A DNA stretch of 47,070 nt from Prevotella sp. (GTDB lineage: Bacteria; Bacteroidota; Bacteroidia; Bacteroidales; Dysgonomonadaceae): NCBI GenBank assembly GCA_031285625.1, contig JAITVV010000062.1:1-47070 (forward strand), read 5' to 3'. Of this stretch, positions 37,991 to 47,070 are shown in pieces (positions within the stretch are counted from its first letter, which is position 1; each line of letters opens with the position of its first letter). Below the pieces are notes generated by a model, which worked only from the letters and a program-made list of their open reading frames with translations, searched no databases and was not told the DNA's origin. The position numbers were made by a program, and so were the translations under genes.

Positions 37991-38950
37991 TTAATAAACT
38001 TCTCCTATTCCTCCGATACATTCGACCTTATTATCCTTAATCTTTATCTCTATTCCATGTTCCCTGTCTAAGCCATAAAAAATAGGAATATGTATAACTC
38101 CCTCTTCTTGAATGCGGATATAATTTATAGCCTTAAGTGCTTCAAAATGCTTTTCTGGTGTATCTATATTTAATGGCTCTTGTCCGGATTTTGATTTATC
38201 CTCGTAATAGTATGCGTATAATCTATTATAACGATCAAAAGTTTGTTGTTTAATGGCCGGTACTATTTTCTCAATATTATGCAGGAAACTTTTAAAAGTT
38301 TCCTCGAAATCATCCAGTTGATCTGTAATGGGGATATTTATTTCCTCTTCTTCGTCATCCTCTCTTCCTAAATGTATTTTTATATCTTGGTCAAAATAGG
38401 GGATATAAAATTTATTGATAGTCACTAATTCATTCCAGCTTTCTGTAATTCCTCCCCAATATGGATGATTCATTATAATTGTAGGAGGTTCGGGTTCTTT
38501 GGTCACTATTAAATCTATCAACTCTTGGAATGAGTTAGCCATAAGTTGTTCTGTTTTTTTCCACCTTTCATAAAAATGAATACTTCCATCTTCACTATTA
38601 ATACATAAGTATCCTGTCCTGCTGGTTGGTGATGCAAAGGCAAATGGTAACAGATTTCTCGGAATATTTCCTTTTTCACTATTCCATTCTTCTATTGTTC
38701 TGAAAGGTATACAGAAATCAGGATCATTAATAAAGTGGTTAGAATAAAGCATGGGAATAAAGCGGATATTGGATACTTCAAAGTCACCTCTTTTATTTGT
38801 CAAAAAAGAGTTTTCAATATTTCCCCCGTTATATTTCAGATAATGTTTTTTTAATATTTCCGGCAATTTTATACCTAGTTGGGCTTCTACTGTGGTCAAC
38901 TCAGTTTCTGTTAACTTTCGGCTACATTTTATATACCTTAATTCCTGCAT
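37991..38950 (-). CDS. SMI1/KNR4 (SUKH) family protein with an extra C-terminal domain
   Basis: VEAQLGIKLP...YLKYNGG, LLPFA, GYLC, MANSFQELI; second ~160-aa region after an EPEPP linker. Confidence 0.85.
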   Translation of the reverse strand: MQELRYIKCSRKLTETELTTVEAQLGIKLPEILKKHYLKYNGGNIENSFLTNKRGDFEVSNIRFIPMLYSNHFINDPDFCIPFRTIEEWNSEKGNIPRNLLPFAFASPTSRTGYLCINSEDGSIHFYERWKKTEQLMANSFQELIDLIVTKEPEPPTIIMNHPYWGGITESWNELVTINKFYIPYFDQDIKIHLGREDDEEEEINIPITDQLDDFEETFKSFLHNIEKIVPAIKQQTFDRYNRLYAYYYEDKSKSGQEPLNIDTPEKHFEALKAINYIRIQEEGVIHIPIFYGLDREHGIEIKIKDNKVECIGGIGEVY

Positions 38951-39174
38951 AGTATTTCTGTAAGTGTTGTTTTTACAAAGATAGAATTATATGATAAACT
39001 TTTCTCTTATTGATGAATTAACTGATAACTTTCCAGGTGGAATATACTGCTACTGAAGAAGGTGAGGATATTGCAGATATCTCTCTTGAGGCAAATGTTA
39101 ATCTTCTTCCATTCATACTTGTATAGAAGGATTTGGTTAGAATAAAGGTGATTGTAGATTAGAATTTGTGAAAT

Positions 39175-39210
39175 AAAAAAAGAGCTGCCTCATATAGGTA
39201 GCTCTTTCTT
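39175..39210 (-). terminator. Intrinsic terminator of gap
   Basis: agagctgcct / aggtagctct stem preceded by an A run (U tract on the minus strand). Confidence 0.85.
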
Positions 39211-39229
39211 TATTATATAGATAATCTGA

Positions 39230-40240
<1,011 letters not shown>

Positions 40241-40316
40241 TTAATTTTTATAGTTAAAAAATTGAGTAATTCCTTTCTTGTAAAACACTTATGCACATGT
40301 TAATCCTTCTAAATAT

Positions 40317-40334
40317 TTATGTTTTAAAACATAA
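40317..40334. promoter_or_regulatory. Crp-family (Cur/BT4338-like) operator palindrome in the gap leader
   Basis: Perfect 18-bp palindrome TTATGTTTTAAAACATAA (TATGTT-N4-AACATA). Confidence 0.7.
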
Positions 40335-40348
40335 TTTATAAGGCAGAA

Positions 40349-40356
40349 CAAAGGTA
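40349..40356 (-). promoter_or_regulatory. -7 promoter element of gap
   Basis: TACCTTTG on the minus strand. Confidence 0.7.
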
Positions 40357-40501
40357 GCAAAAATATTTTTATTTGTCTTATAACTTAGCTTTTTTTAAAG
40401 ACTAAATGCTGCTTTTTACTATTGATAATCACGTTTTTGCCTGTTTTGTAAAGTGGAGTTGTCTTTTTGCTGTTTTTAGCTGATTGCGTATTTCTTCTTT
40501 A

Positions 40502-41377
40502 TTATTTTTGAGACCGTCCCCGAGGCGTTGCTTTTGTTTTTCCTATTCGTTGTCCTGTTTTGTTTTCCTTCTGCTTGTTTGGTTTATTCCATTCTTTATT
40601 AGGCGTGTTTGCAGATTTACTTTTGAATTGATACGTTTTTGCCCCTTGAGGCTTTGCTTTTTTCTTTGATATATCAGTTTTTGTGGATGAAGCTGTTTTT
40701 TTTCGAAGGGTGTCCACTTCTTCTTGTGTGAGATTTTTCCATTGCCCTATTTTTATATTACCCAGCTTGATATGCATAATGCGTATGCGTTCCAGTCTGA
40801 GGACTTTATATCCCAGATATTCGCACATGCGGCGTATCTGCCTGTTCAACCCTTGTCGCAGTACTATGTTGAATGAATGGGTCCCTGTTTTTACAACTTC
40901 ACATTTGCGGGTAACTACTCCTAATATTGGAACCCCGTTTTGCATCTTATTTACAAAATCCTCATTTATGAGTCTGTCTACAACAACAGAATATTCTTTT
41001 TCATGGTTGTTGTCGGCCCGTAGCATTTTATTTACGATGTCACCATCATTTGTTAGTATTATCAGTCCTTGTGAATCTTTATCAAGTCGTCCTATCGGAA
41101 AAATTCGTTCTTCATGACCGACCGCATCAAGTATATTACTCGGCTCATCAGGGTCAGTCGTGCTGACAATTCCAAGGGGCTTATTATAAGCTATAAAGAT
41201 TGGTCGGTTATTATTAATGATTGTTTCTCCGTATATCTTTACTTCCTGTCCATCTAAAACCTGACTGCCAATTGTCGCTTTCTTACCGTTTATTGTCACA
41301 TTTCCTTGTTCGATAAGCTTATCTGCTTCGCGACGTGAGCAGTAGCCGCTATCGCTTATGTATTTATTTATTCGCAT
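40502..41377 (-). CDS. rluF: 23S rRNA pseudouridine synthase, RluF/RsuA family
   Basis: S4 domain CSRREAD, catalytic GRLDKDS, QGLNRQIRRMCE, basic tail. Confidence 0.88.
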   Translation of the reverse strand: MRINKYISDSGYCSRREADKLIEQGNVTINGKKATIGSQVLDGQEVKIYGETIINNNRPIFIAYNKPLGIVSTTDPDEPSNILDAVGHEERIFPIGRLDKDSQGLIILTNDGDIVNKMLRADNNHEKEYSVVVDRLINEDFVNKMQNGVPILGVVTRKCEVVKTGTHSFNIVLRQGLNRQIRRMCEYLGYKVLRLERIRIMHIKLGNIKIGQWKNLTQEEVDTLRKKTASSTKTDISKKKAKPQGAKTYQFKSKSANTPNKEWNKPNKQKENKTGQRIGKTKATPRGRSQK

Positions 41378-41386
41378 ATGTATATT

Positions 41387-42400
41387 TTATAGCCAGTTAT
41401 TGTCTTTGTACCATTTTACTGATTCCTCTAGTCCTTTTCTCAAATTGTATTTTGGGGAGAAGCCTAAATCCTCTACTAGTGGAGTAATATCGCACTCCCA
41501 ATTTCGCTGTTTCATTATTTTATATTTATCTCTGTTAAGGGTAGAGGGTTTCTTTGTTAATTTAGATATTTCTTCTGAAATAACAGATATACTTTTTAGT
41601 ATCCATAGAGGAACTTTGATGCTGATAACATGCTTCTTCCCTATCACTTCTTTTACCATCTGTGTATATTCTTTGTCTGTATATACATCTCCATCCGCGA
41701 CAAAATAACCTCTGTTTTTTATCGGACTTTCCAGTCCCAGGAAGGCAACATCCACAAGATCTTTTGCATATATGAAGGTCAGGTGTTGAGGTTTAAATCC
41801 TGCACCTACGTCGAGTCCTGATCTTACCGTTTTTATCATCAGAAAATAATCTTTTTCACGAGGACCATACACACCTGTGGGACGTAGTATTATATATGGG
41901 AAATCTTTAGCTGCCTCTAAATATTGTTCGGCTTTAAGTTTACTTTTTCCATACGCTGTATTTGGGTTGGGACTATCAGTCAGTTTGATGGGTGTATAGT
42001 TAATTTCATCTCCAAGCCCAAAAGAGCTTAGACTACTCATTAAAATAAATTTCTCAGGAACAGCATTGGCTTCAATCAGAGCATCAATAAAATTTGCCGT
42101 ATTCTGGAAATTCACTTTGTCAAAGTCATCCGGGTTCAAGCATTTGGTGACTCCTGCATTATGGATAATAAAATCAAATTTGCCGTATGTGGAGACAAAA
42201 TCCTGAATTTGGATGGTAAGCGATTGCTTGTTGCCAAAATTTAAATCGATAAATTGTATCAGGGGATTTTTCAGGTATTCACGGCTACTACTTTTTCTTA
42301 TTCCTGCCCATGTCTCATAACCTCTCTCTAGGGCTTTTTCTACAAGAAAACTTCCTATAAATCCACTTGCTCCGGTGATTAAAATACGCTTTGCATTCAT
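41387..42400 (-). CDS. NAD(P)-dependent extended SDR (epimerase/reductase family)
   Basis: TGASGFIG, HNAG, YGKSK, RPTGVYGP. Confidence 0.9.
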   Translation of the reverse strand: MNAKRILITGASGFIGSFLVEKALERGYETWAGIRKSSSREYLKNPLIQFIDLNFGNKQSLTIQIQDFVSTYGKFDFIIHNAGVTKCLNPDDFDKVNFQNTANFIDALIEANAVPEKFILMSSLSSFGLGDEINYTPIKLTDSPNPNTAYGKSKLKAEQYLEAAKDFPYIILRPTGVYGPREKDYFLMIKTVRSGLDVGAGFKPQHLTFIYAKDLVDVAFLGLESPIKNRGYFVADGDVYTDKEYTQMVKEVIGKKHVISIKVPLWILKSISVISEEISKLTKKPSTLNRDKYKIMKQRNWECDITPLVEDLGFSPKYNLRKGLEESVKWYKDNNWL

Positions 42401-42416
42401 CTTACAAAGATATGAA

Positions 42417-43298
42417 TTATTTACCTGCTTGAATAAGGCTATCTACCTGCATTTTGAATTGGCGGGTAAATCTTTCTACTTCATCTTTACCCAGATGTAG
42501 ACCGTCCAGAGTCTGATATTCATCATATTCGGGCTTTGGAAGATATGTGTATTTATCAGGAGAGAAATACTCATTAAATGCTTTTCTTATGCTTTCTACT
42601 CTTGGAGAGTAGTACAATGTTTTATAAAGAGGCATTTCAAAGAATATGATTTCTGTATTATGGGACTCCAAGTCCAGAATGAAAGTATTGAGGTCGTCTA
42701 ATTGGTTTTTCATATCCTGAGTGGAAGCTTCAACCTCGAATCCTTGGAACAATCCTATTCCGGGTGTAGGTTCTATCAGTTTTTTGAAAATAGCAGAATA
42801 TTTATCTCTGTTCTGTTCTTCTATACTATGATTTACGGCACACTCTTCTGTTGCGCTAGCGGCAACTAATATGGGTTGTTTGCCATCTCTCAGTGCCGGA
42901 AGATATGTTCTAACCGGATATAGAATGGGATTGTATAGTACATCATAAAATAAGCCGTCTTTACTTTTACCTGCAGGGAAGTTTGTTTCTATAAAAATCC
43001 TTTTAGGGTATTTCCCTTTTTCTTTCATTAGTTCCAGTCCCTTAATGTAATTCTCGCCTAGTAAAGATAAATTGCAGAATCCCGGAAGACTATCGGTTGG
43101 TATCCGGAACGACATCGAACTACCGACTATTATATTCTCGGCATCATCACACACATCGGTATATAGATAATTCTGTGCCTTTACCTGATTGTCTTGCCAA
43201 AATCCTTGAGGGGATATGAACCCAGGGTTCCAAAAGTATAAAACCAGATTATACAGGAGGAAAAGAATCAGTGTATATATCAATGCCTTCTTTATCAT
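42417..43298 (-). CDS. Membrane-anchored SGNH-like protein (DltD/AlgJ-like partner of MBOAT)
   Basis: N-terminal TM, IVGSS (block I-like) and DGLH (DxxH); 3 nt downstream of the MBOAT gene. Confidence 0.6.
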   Translation of the reverse strand: MIKKALIYTLILFLLYNLVLYFWNPGFISPQGFWQDNQVKAQNYLYTDVCDDAENIIVGSSMSFRIPTDSLPGFCNLSLLGENYIKGLELMKEKGKYPKRIFIETNFPAGKSKDGLFYDVLYNPILYPVRTYLPALRDGKQPILVAASATEECAVNHSIEEQNRDKYSAIFKKLIEPTPGIGLFQGFEVEASTQDMKNQLDDLNTFILDLESHNTEIIFFEMPLYKTLYYSPRVESIRKAFNEYFSPDKYTYLPKPEYDEYQTLDGLHLGKDEVERFTRQFKMQVDSLIQAGK

Positions 43299-43301
43299 AT
43301 T

Positions 43302-44708
43302 TTAAAATTGAAAATAGATAAAAGAACCCGATGTTCCGCTATTTGTAATTATAAGGAATAACATGACTGCATAAAAAATATATTCTGTGCGTTTTATCTG
43401 TGGCCAGTACTTCTTATCCTTATATAGATATATGGCATGGTAAAGAATGACTGGTAAGGAGTACATCAATGTGAAAGTGATCAGGTGAATATCCAGAACG
43501 CTGAGGCTCTTGGTCAGGTTCTCCCATGCATAGTACACAAATAATTTTACACCATCGGGTGTTAGCCTGAACAATATCCATGCGGCTGAAACAAATAAGA
43601 AGACAAATATACCTTTTATTATAGTCCCCAAACGATTAAGTTTAAGTGTTGTATTATCGTTTATATATCGTTCTATGGCCAATGCTGCACCATGAGTGAA
43701 CCCCCATAGGGCATAAGTCCATGCTGCGCCATGCCATAGACCGCCGAGAGTCATCGTTAATAACAGATTAAAATATGTTCGTACTTTGCCTTTTCTGTTG
43801 CCACCTAATGAGAAATAAAGATATTCCATTAAGAACGTAGATAGCGATATATGCCAACGTTTCCAGAACTCTTTGAATGACGTGGATATATAAGGAAAAT
43901 TGAAGTTTATATTGAAATTGTAGACGAATAATTTAGCAAGTCCGATAGCTATCAGGGAATATCCTGCAAAATCGGCAAATATTTGGAATGAATATCCCAG
44001 AACTAATATAAAGAGAGTTATAGAGCTTAAATAGTAAGGCTCAGCCATCAGATGGGTGAAATCTTTAAGGTTATCAGCAATTACCATCTTGAGGAAATAT
44101 CCTGTTACCAGATTTTTGAATGCAGCCTCCCATTGTATGTCTCTAAAATATTTTTCTTTTATTTGAGGGAAGAATTCATGTGCTTTTAGTATGGGTCCTG
44201 CGATCAGATGAGGAAAAAACGAAATGAAGAATAATGTATGCTGAGCATGTTTCGCTAATGACTTTGGTACTATTTGCTTGTTATCAACATACTTTTCTTT
44301 CCATACATCCATTAGTAGGCTAATGCCTTCGAACGTAAAAAATGATATACCTATTGGTAGCGGTATATGTAGAAGGAAATTCCCTATAGAATCGCTGGGG
44401 TCGAGAAATGTTTTGGAAATAAGCGGACTGTATTTAAAGAAAGCCAAAGCACATAAATTGACAATAACACCTGTTAATGCCAATGCCTTCTTCCTTTTTA
44501 CGTTTCCATACACAACATAATAGCTTGTCAGTATATTCACTCCGGCAGAAAAAAGCAATAAGAGAACAAATTCTAATTGGTCGTACGAATAGAATACTAA
44601 ACTTGCTATGATTAATATTAAAACCTGAAATCTACCTAGTTTGGGTATGTAATACAACCCAAAGGTAATGACCAATAAGAGAATGAAAATGTAGCTATTA
44701 AAAAGCAT
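43302..44708 (-). CDS. MBOAT family O-acyltransferase (AlgI/PatA-like)
   Basis: MLFNS, LPIGISFFTF, FFPHLIAGPI, DFAGYS, FWKRWHISLS, GLWHG. Confidence 0.94.
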   Translation of the reverse strand: MLFNSYIFILLLVITFGLYYIPKLGRFQVLILIIASLVFYSYDQLEFVLLLLFSAGVNILTSYYVVYGNVKRKKALALTGVIVNLCALAFFKYSPLISKTFLDPSDSIGNFLLHIPLPIGISFFTFEGISLLMDVWKEKYVDNKQIVPKSLAKHAQHTLFFISFFPHLIAGPILKAHEFFPQIKEKYFRDIQWEAAFKNLVTGYFLKMVIADNLKDFTHLMAEPYYLSSITLFILVLGYSFQIFADFAGYSLIAIGLAKLFVYNFNINFNFPYISTSFKEFWKRWHISLSTFLMEYLYFSLGGNRKGKVRTYFNLLLTMTLGGLWHGAAWTYALWGFTHGAALAIERYINDNTTLKLNRLGTIIKGIFVFLFVSAAWILFRLTPDGVKLFVYYAWENLTKSLSVLDIHLITFTLMYSLPVILYHAIYLYKDKKYWPQIKRTEYIFYAVMLFLIITNSGTSGSFIYFQF

Positions 44709-44850
44709 TTACAGGTTTGATATTAATCGGTTTTAAAGATACGCTTTACAAACGAAAGGGCAAAAATAATGAAAAATGAGCAATTTAAGACACTTTCGGT
44801 TTTCTTTGTTGTTCAATTCAAAAATAATTAGAACTTTAACCATTTAAATA

Positions 44851-44881
44851 TTTGTAGGTTTGAAAAATATAACTAAATTTG
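44851..44881 (+). promoter_or_regulatory. Housekeeping promoter of the rpmB operon
   Basis: TTTG (44851-44854), 19 nt, TAAATTTG (44874-44881), the Bacteroidota -33/-7 consensus. Confidence 0.75.
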
Positions 44882-44936
44882 CATCCCGATTTTGCACATG
44901 AATATAGAAAAATAAACATATAAATTAACAATAGCG

Positions 44937-45176
44937 ATGTCCAAAATTTGTCAAATTACAGGAAAAAAAGCTATGGTTGGCAACAATGTTTCTCACTCGA
45001 ATAAAAAGACAAAGAGAAAATTTAATGTCAATCTTTTTAGAAAGAAGTTCTACTGGGTAGAAGAAGATTGTTGGATCAGTCTGAATGTATCTGCAGCCGG
45101 TCTTCGTACAATTAATAAAATAGGTTTGGATGCTGCGCTGAAAAGAGCGGCTACAGATGGGTATTTGAACGCATAA
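44937..45176 (+). CDS. rpmB: 50S ribosomal protein bL28
   Basis: [10 protein letters not shown]...GNNVSHS. Confidence 0.97.
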   Translation: MSKICQITGKKAMVGNNVSHSNKKTKRKFNVNLFRKKFYWVEEDCWISLNVSAAGLRTINKIGLDAALKRAATDGYLNA

Positions 45177-45195
45177 TAATAAGGAGACCTAAGAA

Positions 45196-45384
45196 ATGGC
45201 TAAGAAAGCAAAAGGAAATAGAATTCAAGTGATATTAGAGTGCACAGAGCACAAGGCTAGTGGTATGCCAGGCACATCACGTTACATCACTACTAAAAAC
45301 AGGAAGAATACAACTGAGAGACTTGAGTTGAAAAAATACAACCCGGTTCTTAGAAAGATGACTGTTCATAAAGAAATAAAATAA
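45196..45384 (+). CDS. rpmG: 50S ribosomal protein bL33
   Basis: ILECTE...[21 protein letters not shown]. Confidence 0.97.
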   Translation: MAKKAKGNRIQVILECTEHKASGMPGTSRYITTKNRKNTTERLELKKYNPVLRKMTVHKEIK

Positions 45385-45399
45385 AAATAAGAATAAACC

Positions 45400-45561
45400 A
45401 TGGCAAAGAAAGCAGTAGCAGGTTATCGTGATGCATCTTCTAAAGATGGTCGTAACTATGCAAAAGTAATCAAAATGGTAAAGTCTCCTAAAACGGGCGC
45501 TTACACATTTAAAGAAGAAATGGTTCCAAACGAATCAGTAAAAGATTATTTCGCAAAATAG
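45400..45561 (+). CDS. DUF4295 family protein (Bacteroidota ribosomal protein bL38); absent from the ORF track
   Basis: Hand translation MAKKAVAGYRDASSKDGRNYAKVIKMVKSPKTGAYTFKEEMVPNESVKDYFAK (53 aa), in the conserved position between rpmG and ftsY. Confidence 0.9.
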   Translation: MAKKAVAGYRDASSKDGRNYAKVIKMVKSPKTGAYTFKEEMVPNESVKDYFAK

Positions 45562-45583
45562 TCTTGTTAAAAATATTTAAAAC

Positions 45584-45616
45584 GCCTCCTTCATTCTTAT
45601 GCAGGGAGGTTTTTTA
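45584..45616 (+). terminator. Intrinsic terminator of the rpmB operon
   Basis: gcctcctt...agggaggt followed by a T run. Confidence 0.7.
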
Positions 45617-45716
45617 TTATCCATTTCGTAGCTTTGCAGAAGGTAAAAATACCGGGCAGCCCCAAGGCTTAAGAGATTGATTTATTTTTATCTATATAAT
45701 CAGAAGAATAAAATCT

Positions 45717-46670
45717 ATGGGATTATTTGATTTCTTTTCGAAACAAAAAAAGGAAACGCTTGATAAAGGATTGGAAAAGACTAAAGAGTCAATGTTTTCC
45801 AAACTATCACGTGTTATTGCCGGAAAATCGAAAGTAGACGATGATGTACTCGATCAACTCGAAGAAGTGTTGATCATGTCCGATGTAGGGGTAAACACTA
45901 CATTGAAGATTATCGAACGTATCGAAAAACGGGCAGCAAAGGATAAGTATGTAGACGACAAAGAGTTGAAAAATATACTGCGGGAAGAAATCGCTGATTT
46001 ATTGACTGAAAATAATGCCGTAGATAATGATGATTTCTCTGTTCCGGAAACAGCAAAACCATATGTAATAATGGTTGTCGGAGTTAATGGTGTTGGTAAA
46101 ACAACTACAATCGGCAAGCTGGCAAATCAGTTCAAGAAAGCAGGCAAGTCCGTCTACCTTGGTGCAGCCGATACATTCCGCGCCGCAGCCGTTGAGCAAC
46201 TGGTTATCTGGGGCGAGCGTGTAGGTGTTCCGGTCATAAAACAGGCAATGGGTTCCGATCCGGCTTCTGTGGCTTTTGATACATTAAGTTCTGCTAAATC
46301 GAACAATGCCGATGTTGTAATAATAGATACAGCAGGACGACTCCACAACAAAATCGGTTTGATGAACGAGCTTTCAAAAATAAAGAAAGTGATGGATAAG
46401 ATAGTTCCGGGAGCACCGCATGAGGTACTACTTGTACTCGACGGCTCTACCGGACAGAACGCGTTCGAACAGGCTACACAGTTTACTGCTGCTACCGACG
46501 TTACAGCTTTGGCTATTACCAAACTGGACGGTACGGCAAAAGGAGGTGTCGTAATCGGTATTTCCGATCAGTTCAAGATACCGGTAAAATATATAGGTTT
46601 AGGAGAGGGTATTGACGATCTTCAGGTATTTCGCCGTCGCGAGTTTGTCAACAGTCTCTTTGGAGAATAA
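45717..46670 (+). CDS. ftsY: Signal recognition particle receptor FtsY
   Basis: GVNGVGKTT, DTFRAAA, DTAGRLH, TKLDGTAKGG; own TAGCTTTG element at 45629-45636. Confidence 0.97.
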   Translation: MGLFDFFSKQKKETLDKGLEKTKESMFSKLSRVIAGKSKVDDDVLDQLEEVLIMSDVGVNTTLKIIERIEKRAAKDKYVDDKELKNILREEIADLLTENNAVDNDDFSVPETAKPYVIMVVGVNGVGKTTTIGKLANQFKKAGKSVYLGAADTFRAAAVEQLVIWGERVGVPVIKQAMGSDPASVAFDTLSSAKSNNADVVIIDTAGRLHNKIGLMNELSKIKKVMDKIVPGAPHEVLLVLDGSTGQNAFEQATQFTAATDVTALAITKLDGTAKGGVVIGISDQFKIPVKYIGLGEGIDDLQVFRRREFVNSLFGE

Positions 46671-46673
46671 GAA

Positions 46674-47070
46674 ATGAAGAAAAACAGAATAGATGTCATC
46701 ACGCTTGGTTGTTCTAAAAATCTGGTAGACTCCGAGTTATTGATGAAACAATTGTTGGCAAACGGCTACACCGTAAAACATGATCCGGATAAGTCGGAAG
46801 GAGAAATCGTAGTTATAAATACATGTGGCTTTATAGGTGATGCAAAGGAAGAATCTATCAATATGATTCTTGAGTTTGCAGAGGCTAAAAAAGAGCGAAA
46901 ACTGAATAAGTTGTTTGTAATGGGCTGCCTTACCGACAGGTATATGGAGGAATTGAAGGCCGAAATACCCGAAGTAGACAGCTTTTACGGGAAATTTGGA
47001 TGGAAAGCCCTCATCTCTGATTTGGGTAAATCATATCATAAGGAGTTGGCGCTGGAACGCAACATAACCA
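46674..47070 (+). CDS. rimO: Ribosomal protein S12 methylthiotransferase RimO (5' part, cut by the window end)
   Basis: Hand translation MKKNRIDVITLGCSKNLVDSE...INTCGFIGDAKEESI...VMGCL. Confidence 0.92.
   Translation, partial: MKKNRIDVITLGCSKNLVDSELLMKQLLANGYTVKHDPDKSEGEIVVINTCGFIGDAKEESINMILEFAEAKKERKLNKLFVMGCLTDRYMEELKAEIPEVDSFYGKFGWKALISDLGKSYHKELALERNIT

Noticed and set aside
45637-45680. GC-richer patch before ftsY as SRP RNA or a riboswitch
   Set aside because: It lacks the SRP domain IV signature and is too short for a supported structure.

Overview
AT-rich Bacteroidota chromosome segment, most consistent with Bacteroidales (Dysgonomonas-like); this is inferred from TAnnTTTG promoters, a SusC/SusD pair, an HTCS, a GT3 glycogen synthase and the rpmB-rpmG-DUF4295-ftsY-rimO order. 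In order: a palindromic repeat, dnaG, dsbD-like, mazG, a small lipoprotein, a DUF1080+PHP lipoprotein, RNase P RNA (rnpB, minus strand), a complete polysaccharide utilisation locus (GH2, HTCS, SusE-like lipoprotein, SusC, SusD, GH30, tandem GH43), glycogen phosphorylase and synthase, an acyltransferase/amidase/META cluster, an operon of five DUF4252-like paralogs around an ECF sigma/anti-sigma pair, oligopeptidase B, an orphan SMI1/KNR4 gene with a TonB-C gene, gap, rluF, an SDR, an MBOAT plus SGNH-like pair and ribosomal/SRP housekeeping genes. No transposase, integrase, phage gene, tRNA, rRNA or CRISPR array was seen. Best candidates for a second look: the expanded DUF4252-ECF operon with its ECF-type promoter, a dispersed fixed-spacing GTRAC tripartite motif seen twice, and perfect operator-like palindromes at gap and glgP. 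All family calls come from motif recognition; no searches were run.
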